Source: Podarcis vaucheri (taxonomy: Eukaryota). Taken from it: a stretch of DNA of 64,000 nucleotides. The notes under the pieces were generated by a model, which made no database searches, was not told where the DNA came from, and saw only the letters and a list, made by a program, of their open reading frames with translations. Each line of letters begins with the position of its first letter. Position 1 is the first letter of the stretch. Both the position numbers and the translations under genes were made by a program. Positions 15,575 to 27,400 of the stretch are shown one piece after another. The stretch lies in NCBI GenBank assembly GCA_965113315.1, contig OZ220370.1; one strand, 5' to 3'.

Positions 15575-15989
15575 ATGGCCCTTGGAAGGTGCTCAAGCAG
15601 TGAACAGATTTAAGGGAGCGAGGGGAGAACTTAATGCTGAATAGCTGAGCTTTTCAGTGTTATATAGCATTTCTTGACACATTGCAAGTGGATTTGATAA
15701 GTCAAACATTTAAGAGATGTCTTTTGTACTCGTTTTCACATGCCTCGTGTATGTTGTCAATTTGTACGCATGCAAGCATCCATTTTGTTGCTACTTATTT
15801 ATAAAGCACCTCCAAAATACTGGAAGGAAAGAGTCTTCATGAGTGTGCAATCTAGCATTTGACAGCAGTATGAAGATACATTTTATAGGGGTGGGAGAAG
15901 AGAAGCATGTGTTACAGATTGTAAACAACCTTTTCAGACAAAACAATTTTTAAAAAACACATTTATAACCACCTTGCCTTCTGCTCTCT

Positions 15990-16110
15990 ATTCTATCATC
16001 AGAGGGACCCTGTAAGCTGGGTGAGGCTAAGATGCAGTGCTTGCCTTAAGGTCCGCTAGTGAAGTTAATGCCTGAGCGGGGATTTGAACCCTAGGCATTA
16101 TGCCAAACCG
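15990..16110 (-). mobile_element. Degenerate tRNA-derived MIR-like SINE fragment
   Basis: gggatttgaaccc is the reverse complement of a B-box, within MIR-like core sequence; boundaries approximate. Confidence 0.5.
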
Positions 16111-16349
16111 TCTCTTATTGCCAATATAACTTGAATTCGAATGTGGGAAATTGTCTTTTGCCAGCACGGGGTCGGCCTCTTGTTGAACACCACAGGCTTA
16201 ATAAGAGCTTCCCCCACTCGCTTCCCTCAGGTAAACGAGCGTAGCCAAGTCAGTTTCACCTGGGAATGCAAACAGTGAGGGACATATTAATTCTCTACAC
16301 TAGATAACTCGTCACGTGTGGAGCTAATGGCGGGTTTTTTATTGTAATA

Positions 16350-16960
16350 GTGACACACGTTTATGTAACGGCCGTGTAATAACTGCAGCTGGACCCCTGA
16401 CGCCCTGACCCTCTTCGCGCCTGATTCAGGGAGGCGCGCGCTCATCCCGAGCTGGCCGCGCCGAGGGGCTTCGCGCGTCTATCTAGAGCAGGCCTGGCGA
16501 ACGTCAGGGCCGGCCTCCCCGCCCTTTCCTTAGCGCTGGTCTTACTCGGCCTTTGTGACCTCACAAATGCGTGCGCTCTAGCCCCGCCCACCAGGAGCAT
16601 CTCGATATAAAAGGTCCGCCGGTCTCCTTCGCCGCTCCAGAGGAGGCTCCGGCAAGGGGCGAGGCGGGAGCTTCGGCGCAGCCGACTAGCGAAGTATTTT
16701 TTAAAGAAAGGTCGGGCGGCTTTCGAGCCAGCGGCGGTTTGGCGAGCGAGGGAGCCACCTTGTGGCTGATGAGGAGAACGAGCGGGTTGGATGGGGAGCA
16801 AACAAGGAGCCGAGGGAGGGGCGGCTTCCTGCAAGCTGGGCGAGGGGCGTGCAGGGAAGGGCGTCGGAGTCCGGGCCCGAGGTCTCGGGAGCGGCGCCCT
16901 ACTATGGCTGGATGGTTTATTTCAGTTGTAGTTATCCTCCCCTCGGGGAAGACTCCCAGC
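16350..16960 (+). promoter_or_regulatory. CABYR: CpG island, likely CABYR promoter and non-coding first exon
   Basis: Only long non-repeat CpG-dense stretch in the window, about 1 kb upstream of the first coding exon; GC box 16582-16589, TATAAAA 16606-16612. Confidence 0.75.
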
Positions 16961-17067
16961 ACATTCCTCTGCATCATAATTAAACGATTTGTGTCTTAAA
17001 CACTGACAAAGTTATTATGGCATAAACTTCGTGGACCACTTTGTCCACTTCATCAGATGCATATTTG

Positions 17068-17122
17068 TCTGTGTGTGTGTGTATGTCTGTGCAGATACAC
17101 ACACACACACACACACACACAC
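17068..17122. repeat. (TG)n/(CA)n microsatellite
   Basis: Direct reading. Confidence 0.9.
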
Positions 17123-17961
17123 TTAGGTTTGAGTAGAAATTATAGCTGGAAATACAATACAGGTGTGATAGGGATGTACTTAACTGTTTTGTGAATGTGC
17201 ATAATTAATACTTTCTGCATTTTATTTCCCTTGCTGACCGCACTTTTTACACCCCCACTCCCCAAAAAATTCCCATATGTATTCTGTAACTCAGTATAAC
17301 ACTCCATGCACCTGATAGAAGCTTATTCCATATTAAATTTGTTAATCTGTAAGGCATCATAAGAGTCTCTGGGCATTTTCCACCTGTTGCTATTTACAGG
17401 TGTGATTCAAGTGCATATCTGCAAATTCAGGTGGTGCTTTTTGTGATTCGGAGAGTGATGGGGAAATACCTTGGAAAGTGAAGTGTGTAACCCTTCGCAC
17501 AAACGTGCAAACAAATCAATAGGAATGCTCAGTAACCTGGTTTGGAAGCAACTTCTGTTTTTGCTGTAGAAGCCTAACACCTCTTGAAATGCTATCTTGT
17601 ATTGATTTTTGTTAGCTGCCTTGGGAGGGTTTACCCTAATAGGCAGAATATAAAGGCACAAAATGACATCATTCTACAGCTACCCTTGGGGGTGCAAGTA
17701 TTTAACAGTGTGAACTGGGCAAAGTGGGAGGTATGATTGCAGCCTAACATGGCTTCCCCTCCAAAAATTCCCATAAGAGGTCTACACATGCTAAACTTCC
17801 TCATTACTGTCCACTAGAGGCCCTGAAAAATCACTGTGAGTGATACCTTCCATGGGGTTATGGGTAGAAAGTAGTGTAGATTGTAGAAAACACCAGTTTA
17901 TTTCATCCAGTTTCCTTTCCTTACAGTTGTGAAATTGCAGTATTGTCTTCAAGTGGCAACA

Positions 17962-18109
17962 ATGCATACCACAAAGCCCAGGATGGTGGTTCCTTATGGC
18001 CTCAAGACTCTACTTGAGGGAGTGAGCAGAGCAGTTCTGAAAGCCAGTCCCTCTAACATTACTGAATTTGCTGCTGTGTATTTCAGGGAACTGATACTTT
18101 TCCGAGAAG
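17962..18109 (+). CDS. CABYR: CABYR first coding exon (RIIa-like dimerisation/docking domain)
   Basis: MHTTKPRMVVPYGLKTLLEGVSRAVLKASPSNITEFAAVYFRELILFRE |gtttgc; recalled human MISSKPRLVVPYGLKTLLEGISRAVLKTNPSNINQFAAAYFQEL; acceptors upstream at 17926 or 17940. Confidence 0.93.
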
Positions 18110-18293
18110 GTTTGCTTTTCTTCTTTTTTAAGTTCAATACTAGTTTATAGAGCAATTCAGTGACATTTTGGACTAACAGTACTGCCGCAATGGCTCCAAT
18201 TTGTAAGTTGTCAGCAAACCACCCCCTTAAGCCTTTGTAAAATCTGATACCCTGAATTAAAATTAATTGGCTTTTCCCACCTTTTCTTTCCAG

Positions 18294-18347
18294 ACCACCC
18301 TAATTTAGACATTAAAGACCTGGTGAGAGAGTTTCATATGACTAGAG
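18294..18347 (+). CDS. CABYR: CABYR second coding exon
   Basis: ttccag| (D)HPNLDIKDLVREFHMTR(V) |gtaaga; recalled human DIKDLVKQFHQIK. Confidence 0.92.
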
Positions 18348-18409
18348 GTAAGACATTAGCAGCAAAGCAATAGTTCTTGGGGCAAGAACTAGCACAGACA
18401 GATGCATGC

Positions 18410-18580
18410 CCTACATTTAAAGCACAGCCAAGACACCGTTAAAGGACATGACTTCTCCCAAAGAATCCTGGGAGTGGTAGTTGGTTAAGGGTCCTGGGAA
18501 TTGTAGGTTGGGGGTCTACAGTTCCTGAAACTCTTTGGGGAAAGCAGTCTGCTTTAAGTGTGCATTGAATGCACTTTATA
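18410..18580. repeat. Second short dispersed repeat (aaagcacatg...cccaaagaatcctgggaactgtag); copies near 22140-22290 and 26290-26440
   Basis: Three recognisably similar degenerate copies; boundaries approximate. Confidence 0.55.
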
Positions 18581-19439
18581 GTGTGGATCATTCCTGCCTT
18601 CCCTCCCTCTTTTTAAAAGAAATACAGTGCAGCCGCTGAGGGTGCGATTTGAAGTGGAAGCTTGGCATGGGGGAAAGGGGGCTCTCCTCCTCATCCCATT
18701 TTCCAACTGAAACTCACCCCATACAAGAAAATGCAGCTTGGAAAGGGTGATTGTATATGTCCTTCCTGGTATTGGGGGGAAATCAGCAATCTTGTGTTTT
18801 TGCACATGTGTTTTAAATCATTAGGAATTGTATGTATGGATAAACTTTAGACAGTATGTAGAATATATTGACAGGTACTATGCAAACTGTATTTCTTTCT
18901 AAATGATAGCCTGCAGTTTTTGTATTGGAATTATCATTTTGGGTTAAAAAGACTTGATATCTCTGTTTAAAGACTTTTGAACCATATCATTAGTAGCAGG
19001 AGTAACAGTTTTTGTTATCAATTGTAGAAATAGAAATCCCTTTTCTGCCACATCAGTCTTCCACGTATATCATAGCCTGAGTCCTGGAATCTTATGCCTT
19101 TTAAAATATGCTACACAGCAAAGCTGTTGCTATGGGGGGGGGGGGCTAGCCAGGTTTTTTGCCCCGGGTGAAGCCTTCAGAGGGGCACCATTGAGGCTTC
19201 CAGCCTCTCTGAGTGTACACAAATGCACATGGTGGGGTGTGTGTGTGCGCGTGCGCAGGCCAAACTGAATCTTAGACCTGGGTGAAATAAAGCCTCGTTT
19301 CGCCCCTGTAAACAGGATCACAGAACTACTGCAATGTGTTATTCTGTCTCCCTCAAAAAGGGATTATAACTGAGGCAGCTAAATTGGATTTGGAGAGATC
19401 CCGTTAAATGGCGATTTGAAGAGAGACTGTTTGAGTCAG

Positions 19440-19585
19440 CAGTCAGGGACGGTGGAACTTGTGGCCTTCCAGAGGTTGTTTTGATACAACCCCCACCAGC
19501 CTCAGACAGCATGGCCGACAGTCAAGGATGGTGGGAGTTCTAGCCCAGCAACATCGGAAGGCCCCACAGCTTCCTCATCCCTGGT
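19440..19585. repeat. Short dispersed squamate repeat (ctacaactcccatc/gatgggagttgtag-type, internally palindromic); further copies near 6615-6735, 24745-24845, 41545-41680 and 47980-48075
   Basis: Shared ggccctccagatgttgttggactacaaYtccc...atgggagt...ccaacaacatctggagggc motif in several introns; family and boundaries approximate. Confidence 0.6.
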
Positions 19586-20813
19586 AGAAAGTTGACTTGT
19601 ATTTTTGTGGAAAATATGCAACAAATAAGTAGCTGCAGGTTGGGGAAGTTTATTCATGCAGTCACAAAATACCCTGTCCCCCAATATGTCCCTGATCTAT
19701 GTTGTAAGGCAGAGGTGGCCGGAAGGTAGATCTCTAGAGTGATTCACAGCAGGTCCATGAGGATTCTCATGCCCAGTTGTTTAACAATAGCAACAACGAA
19801 AAGGTCTCCCTTGCTTCCTAAATTAGGCTACTGAGTGGATGCAAGAGGAAAACAAGGAGTGAATAGTGCACATGCAACTTGCCAAATGGACATGTGGCCA
19901 CAGGGGGGCAGCCACCTCATAGTGGCTATTTAGGGTTATTCGGCCTTGAGATCAGGTCAGGTCCATAAGGCCCATGACCACTATTTGGTAATAGTCCAGA
20001 AGCAGATGAATTGTTTGAAGTAGAAAGGATCCACATATGATTTGTAGGAACCTGGGGTTTATAGAAAGTGGTGCTCAGCAGACACCTTCCATAAAGAACA
20101 CAGCTGCCTAATACTGAATCAGGCCAGTATCTACCTCAGTATTGTTGATACTTGACTAGTAGCAACTTCCCAGGGTTTTGAATAGAGGTCTTTCCCAGTC
20201 CTGCCTGGCAGCAGTGGGGAGCAAACAGCAGACCTTGTATATGTATTTGTTCATATAAAAAAAAAAACCACTTGCATATGAAAATTAAATAAAAAATAGC
20301 AAAGTGGTTTGCAACAGTTACATCTGTACAATTGAAACCACATTAAAAATATAAAGATCACAGATCATTAGCTAACTATTACAGGAAGAGGTTTTAAAAA
20401 ACACTTGCTCTGTCACTGAGCTGTAACCCCTCTCCAAAGGAAATAAGTGGCTTTATGGAAAGGGATTAATGTTGTCTAGGTCATTATGACATTTCCTGTT
20501 CAGCATTTAAAGTATAAATCGAACGTATTTTTAAAAGCCAGTCTTTGGGGAATTGCAGAAAAGCGGCTCCTATTGTGCAGCCTTGAAATGACAAGTGGAC
20601 ACTATCTGACAGTTGAATGTATGGAACAACCTCAACGTTTCACAAGCTGTTAGCCATTCATTGAGTCTCCCAGCAATTCATAAATAAGTGTTAAGCTTTT
20701 CAAACTAGACTTGGAAGTTGGTGGTTTTAGGCAACTGCAAGTTGGTGGCTTAGAGAGAGAGAAAGCAGTTTGAGAAGAAAGCTGTTTAACCTTGTTTCCT
20801 GTTCACCCTGCAG

Positions 20814-22013
20814 TGGAAGGATGGGCAGAAGGGACAGCAGGAGCGGCACAGGTGCCCCGCAAAAGGGCTGACGTGGGAGATGCATATAGGCCAGAGGTGG
20901 ACACGACGGCTCCGATGAGTGACGAACCGAAACGGAAGGAGAAATCGACTGACACAGAAGAGGACCAGATAAGTGAAGAACCACGCCGTGAACAGTGCAC
21001 CAAGACAACCCAGTACCCATCGACCGTGGACGAGTTTGTAGACAGGGCTGGGGACGAAAAGGGAGCTGGGCTCGCCTACGTCCCGGCCGATCCAGCCCAG
21101 CTGGCATCCCAGATGCTAGGTAAAGTTGAACCTGTTTCTTCCGAAGCTGAACTGAAGGATGTGGCGATCTCAGTGCAGACACTCCCTACCTCCTCCCAAA
21201 GTATAGAGAATCTTGCTGCTTCAGTCACAGAGGCCCCGCCACCCTCACCCGCACCGGAACCTGCCCCTGCCCCTTCGGAAGTAGCGCCTGCCCCTGCAGA
21301 AGAGGAACCGCCTGCCCCTGCAGAACCAGAACCTGCCCCCGCAGAACCGGAACCTGCCCCCGAGGAACCGGAACCTGCCCCTGCGGAACCGGAACCTGCC
21401 CCCGCAGAACCAGAGCCTGCCCCCGAGGAAGCAGAGCCCGCTGCGCCTGCAGAAGCAGAAGCAGAGCCTGCTGCCCCTGCAGAAGCAGAAGCAGAACCTG
21501 CTGCCCCTGCAGCTTCTGTGCACTCTCTCAGGGCTGGGTCCGCCACTCAAAGCCACACCTCTGCTCTTGGGGAGGTAGTTACCCCAGGCAGTCAGGCTGA
21601 GCAGCCACCTGCTGACGTAGCAGATCCAGATTCCTCAGACCCCTTGCTGGAAGAACAGCCGCCCCCGCCACCACCACCACCTCCTCCTCCTGATAAAGAC
21701 CCATTGCAGGCTGAATCTTGTTCAAGTGAAATTGAGCTCACATCAGACATACAGCTCACCCCCATGTGTGATGATGATCCCAATGCTGGTGGAGAGCCCC
21801 AACCACCACCGTATGTAGAGCAGTTTCCGCAGCAGATAGTAATTCCTTTCGTAGACACTGTAGCATGTCTCTTTAATCCGCTGATGGCTTCACAGAATGC
21901 AGGTCAGTTTGCTAGTATTCTAGATCCATCTGCAGATGATGCAGAATGTGACCCTGACAGGATGGATACTGCAGAGGAACTGAGTTCAGCTGATCCAGGT
22001 TTTATTATGTCAG
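20814..22013 (+). CDS. CABYR: CABYR large exon (acidic/Pro-rich CR-A region); internal alternative donor after 21119, distal donor after 22013, TAG at 22058-22060 if unspliced
   Basis: ctgcag| (V)EGWAEG...EKSTDTEED...AYVPADPAQLASQMLGKV...YVEQFPQQIVIPFVDTVACL; these blocks match recalled human CABYR. Confidence 0.9.
21311..21511 (+). repeat. CABYR: Coding minisatellite in CABYR: 6 x 21 nt (PAPAEPE) plus 2.5 x 30 nt (PAAPAEAEAE)
   Basis: Direct reading of the cctgccccYgcagaaccRgaa and cctgctgcccctgcagaagcagaagcagaR units. Confidence 0.93.
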
Positions 22014-23548
22014 GTAAGAAAGTCAAGATATTTCTGAAAGCTGCCTATTCCATGTTGTAGTGCTATTATTGCTCCATAATCAACAGATGGCTCCATCTCC
22101 TCAAATGCACTTGTGCCCATAGCTCAGCTGAGACTGAGGTCACACCCACGCTGTACATTAAAAGCACATGGCTCCCCCGACAAAGCATACTGGGAACTGC
22201 AGTTTACCTCTCACAGAGCCCCCAGACCCTTAAACTACAATTCCCAGGACTTTGTCGGTGAAACCATGTGCTTTAAATGAATGGTGTGGTTGTGGCCCCA
22301 AAGGCCTTGTGCTGGTACAGTGCCTTGGGGACTGGAGCTTTAATTATTTAAATGCAAGTATCTATGGCAGTGCAGTGTTGAGATAAGTGATTGGTCACTT
22401 TTGCGTTTAGGGAGTTACAGAGCCCACAGCACCAAACTGGAATGTGCATGTCTGGAATTTTTGCCTCTGTTTTTTTCCAGGTGCATGGTTGATTGTGAGT
22501 AGGCCCAAAAACGTACCTTGTGTGAGTGCCAGCTGCCCCGTTTTTCTGCTCAAGTCTTGTATCATTTCCTGCAAGCAGACTGGGCCGGAGCAGGATGACA
22601 TTCAGCGGGGAGTTAGGCCAATGCCTTTTGGCCCTTCTTTAAACCATGATTAGCCCCTCTCACAATAGACTATGCATCTTGAATCAAAATTACACACATG
22701 CTCACAACGGTTAGCAGAAAGTGATGTGGGTGACTGTGGCTTCAGGTTGTGTTTTTTAAAAAATGAACTAGTATTCAGATGCTCAGCCATGGCACTGCTT
22801 AGGTTTTTGCATTTAAAAGAAATGGTGGTGGTTGCCTGGGCTGTCCCATTAGGCCTGGTCTTCTCCAGATTGTTGACAGAGAGGGGACTAATCGCTTCTT
22901 GCTGAGAACTGCAGATCTTGCTGCAGCTGGAGGATTGGCTTCCCATGGCGACACCGTTTCCTCTCGTTCTCTGCTCTCCCTCTGTGAGAAGTGTGTAGCC
23001 CACTCCTGTTCTCGAGCTGGAGAAGCCCTCCTAGCACCTTTCCCTTGGCCTTAGTGTGCCCTGCGATGGCACACTATTCCCTAGAGTCACTTCCCATTAG
23101 AGAGGTGTAGGTAGGTAAGGTCTGGAAGCATCTTACAGAAGAGAGAATGCCGAAGGGGACAGGAGCTAGAGGAACACAAAGAGTTGGCATGGCTGGACAG
23201 GACTTGTGGTCGAGGAGACACTTTCAACCCATGATCTTTGGGTCACCCATACGAAAACAGTATCCTTACAACCAACAGAAGTACCTAATGACAAAAATTG
23301 CCCCCCAAAGTTGTGAATCTGATACTTTGGATTTATTTCGAAAATTATGAGAACCGGTTCTTCTGCTGTTCTCCATTTCAGCCATGCCAAGGTCCTCCCT
23401 TTTGCCTTCAGGGATTCTCTCCTCTCTGTAACATCCTTTCTTTGTGGCATAAAGTTGTGGGTAAGGCTATGCAATGTGACTGCAGTTCGTACATCCTACT
23501 AGATGGTCTTTCATGCCAGCAAATTTTCTTTAAATTTTTATTTTATAG

Positions 23549-24183
23549 CCATGGCAACAAGCGAACCAGGACAACCACCACCATATTCTAATGTGTGGAC
23601 TCTCTATTGTCTAACTGATATGCATCAACAAGGTCGCAAGTCACCACCACCTCCACCACCCCTTCCACCTGTTGGAACTGGTGCTCCTGTTCCCCAGGCA
23701 ACCCTATTCATATCTAGTGGTAAGGACCAGCCGCAGTATCTACAGCCACAGATGCTACAACAAGGCCAACCACCACAAGTGTCCTCTCCAACTTATGTGA
23801 TGATGGAAGAAGGGAAGAAAGGAAATGCACCACCTTTCATTTTAGTGGGCTCTTCTGTTCAGAATAAACAGGACTGGAAACCCATACCTGGCCATGCTGT
23901 CCTTGCACAGCAGGATACTGGCGGGACTGTGAGGAGGTTCGCTACGATACCTGTACCAGTTGCCAGGGCAGCAGATCCGAAAATGGCCAATCCCAATTTT
24001 AACTCTGCACAGGATAGCGGCAGGCCTCCAACTCCAGTTTTTCTTTCAGTTGCCATACCACTGGAAGATGTGATGAATGGGAAGAAGGGCTCAGGAGCTG
24101 GGGATAAAGCACCCTTTGCAGGCAGCTATGGTATAGCAGGAGAGATCACATTTACTACTGCCTCTGTGCGCAGGACAGAATAG
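23549..24183 (+). CDS. CABYR: CABYR CR-B exon with TAG stop
   Basis: ttatag| (A)MATSEPGQPPPYSNVWTLYCLTD...APPFILVGS...PVFLSVAIPLEDV...GSYGIAGEITFTTA; matches recalled human CR-B. Confidence 0.93.
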
Positions 24184-24418
24184 CAAAAGGGTAAGTAGAT
24201 CAGTTCATTTTGTTTGTTATTTTAATGGTTGGTTGGTTGATTGTAGAGATGTATACTCTAGTGGGCTACATTTCTAATATGCTGCAGCCATTCTGGGATC
24301 AGAAAGTTTTCTTCCATGGTTGCAAACTGGGGGGGGGGGTATCCCTAACTCCACATTTATTTTATGCATTTCCCTCTAGAGAAGAAGCTGTACCATTTTC
24401 ATATTGGGAACGGTGAAA

Positions 24419-24424
24419 AATAAA
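24419..24424 (+). terminator. CABYR: Candidate proximal CABYR poly(A) signal
   Basis: AATAAA about 235 nt after the stop, with T-rich sequence downstream; would be intronic if the donor after 24190 is used. Confidence 0.4.
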
Positions 24425-27400
24425 TAGTAGACAAGTAGTTTATTTTTTAAGGGTTGTGAGCTGCTGAAAATGGGACACTAAAATAATGTTGGAATTCTCT
24501 GCACACACCTCAGTTGGCAATGACCATAAGCTTTCAACTTGGAACTCGAATCCTACAGGGTTCAATGGAATGTATTCCCAGGTGATGGCTCTGATGCAAA
24601 AGTTTGTGCTTAGCTTCTGTTTTGTTTTTTTTAATGAAACTTAAATTCTCTTCTGTTTGGCAGAAAAGTTAAAAGTTTGGAAATTGAATACCCTCCACCT
24701 TGCCCCGCAATTCATTGGTAGGACTTTTGTATTCAGGAAAGGACTTGATGCAGGTGTAAAGAAACCTTTGGCCCTCCAGATGTTGCTGAACTACAACTCC
24801 CACCAGCCTCAGCAAGCTTGGCCAGGGATGATGGGACTTGTAGTGCATGGAGAGAGAGGCTTGGCGCGTAGAGAGGGTGATGGCACATGGAGCACTGTGT
24901 TGTGCACATCTGTTCCCTGCCCAGTTATGCACCTGGGACCCTGTTTCCAAGGACATAGTGCTCTGAGCTGTATGAGGGTGCTGATGCCGTTCACATCTTA
25001 ATTGGTTTGGTGAGTGTGTCCCTTTTTCAGAGATGCAGTGGCAAATCAAGTGTTGTTCATAGAACATTTTAAAAAATACTCAGCAAATGACTGAAGGGAT
25101 GTTGTTGATTTCCTTTGGAATGTGCATTTGGCCAGTTTCTGAGAAACGGGTTTGAAGCTTGTGAGCCCCCTTGCTGAATCTGTTGTCATTTGCTTTCCTT
25201 TTCCTTCATGTGCATTGTCCGTTATTGGAGACTAAGTTTGGGTTAGAAGGTCCACAGAATACTTGCTGCAAGTTTTCTACATTACAGAATTAATGAAGAG
25301 CTATCTTTAAAATAGAGGGTGGCATTCAACTAAGTTTTACTGAGAGCAGATCCTTTAAAATTAATGAACATCACTAAATTGGAGCCATTCATTTGAATAA
25401 GTCTGAGTAAAACTTAGTTGAATGCCACTCAGAGTTATTTTACAGCTGCTATTGCATGTGAAAGATAAAAGTAGTTTTGTTCTGGTTGTTGTTGAACTTG
25501 AAAGTATGGAATAGGTTGCAGGTTTTCTAGAGATTTGCTGAGACATGCAGATCAGTTCCGTTCTTTTTTCAACAATCCATGAAATGCTGTCTTTGTTACT
25601 TCTGAAAATCTTACCCAGTTTGCCTTTGCTTTGATGCTTTAGAACTGCTGCTCTGTATTGGTGACAACCACAGCGTCAGCCTGCTTGTGGAACAGATGTC
25701 CAGTTCTGACACAGGCCTTACCCATCCACTTCCACCCCTACTCCTCACATGACATTGGATATTGTCTAATGTATTGTTTAAAAGGACACATGTCATGGCG
25801 TTGAGGGCCAATTACTCAGTGTATCAGAGTGTATGAGAATAGCCAAACAGGGAGGGGGAGATATTAGACTTAAATTCGGGGATGATCTGGGGTTTGTCAA
25901 AGTGCTGGTGTTGTAAAATTGCAGTGATTATGAAACAGTAGATCAGTTCCTACAAACATCGTGTAAATGGGTCAAATGCAACTTTGTTGGCAGCAGATGA
26001 GGCCAGCTTAAGCCACAAGGAGCTCAAGAGCTGCTGAGGGCTTGGTGGTGTCATTCTAGCCTGGTGGGCCTCATAATGCAGATGCCTTGTTGTACTTAAA
26101 ACAGTTCTGCAATAGTTACAGTTCTCATCATCATGAGCTGACCAAGTAGTTAAAGATAGCATAGCCTACAAAGGGTGGGTGGGTGTAATTCGGTCCTATC
26201 GAGAAATTAAACCATGAATAGATGTGACCCTCAAAGATGGGCATAAAGTAAACATACTTTTGGGAGTAGTTTCCAATAACATAGGTCACAAACACACTAG
26301 ACATTTAAAGCACATGATCTGCCCCAAAGAATCTGGAGAACTGTAGACTTGCAATTCCAAACACCCTTAACAGACTACAGTTCCCAAGGTTCTCTTGGGG
26401 AAGCCATGTGGTTTAAATCTGCCTTTCATGTACTTTCCATATATAGCATGGATGTGATGAGAGCTGACAGTTGCATCAGTACAAGGCAGAAAGCCATGTC
26501 AGAATTAAAAATATAGCAGGTAAAATATTTGTAAAAGAGTGCAGTGGTGGCAGCTTTCTGCTAAGGAGAATTTTACATTTGGAAGAGTGAGGGTAGACCA
26601 CATGACTTGCAGGCAGAATGTCCACAGTTCATTCCCTGGCATCTCCAGCTTGGGTTGTCTAAGAAACCCTGGCAAGCTCCTGGCAGTGCAGACCAGGTTG
26701 GCAGGGGGCATGTGGAGAAGGTAGGTTGGGCTCTACTGGTAGATCTACAGTTGTTTGACAATGGGAACAACAAAATTCATCTCCCTGATGAAGTTAGGAA
26801 AGGCCATGGGGAGGAGGGGGACAGGGTCTCTAGGAGTGGATTTTTGTGTAGGACAGCAATTCCATGCCTGAGCTTCGAATTTCGTAATTCAATGCCTATT
26901 TTCTCATGTTATTCACATACAGATGTATGTCAGGTGCAGGCAGGGCTAAAAGCATGGTTCTGTTCTGCAACCATCCAATTATGTTCCACCTGTAAGTAAC
27001 ACGTGAATAGGGTTAAGGCATCTGTTAAAACACCATGTAGCTCTTACAGACTTGATGCATTCCCACCTTCGGTGTAGACAGTATCAGTTTAGCTGCACCA
27101 AAATTGTACATAAACATCCATTTCCTTTAATGTAGTAGTTGGAGGTGAAGGACAAATTTCAGGCTCATAGCCGGGCTAAAAGCTTGGATGGGGTGGGGGT
27201 GAACAACACAAAAGTAGATATTGGTACACATTAATGTTTTACTTGTATTAATTAAGGCTATATAAAGATGGTGATAATGATCATTACTTCTGTTTCTTGC
27301 ACAAGCTCTGCAGTAATGATAGGCCAGCTTAGAGGGAAACTATTTCTGGGATTGCCAGAGCACAGCATCCTCCTTCCGCCTTTTCCTCTGTTCTCCACCT

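Noticed and set aside
16442-16999. 130-142 aa ORFs on both strands
   Set aside because: Stop-poor GC-rich CpG island; no recognisable protein.
21076-21858. Minus-strand ORFs with silk-like GAGSGS and poly-Gly sequence
   Set aside because: They are the antisense shadow of the Pro/Ala/Glu-rich CABYR exon, with no independent gene signals.
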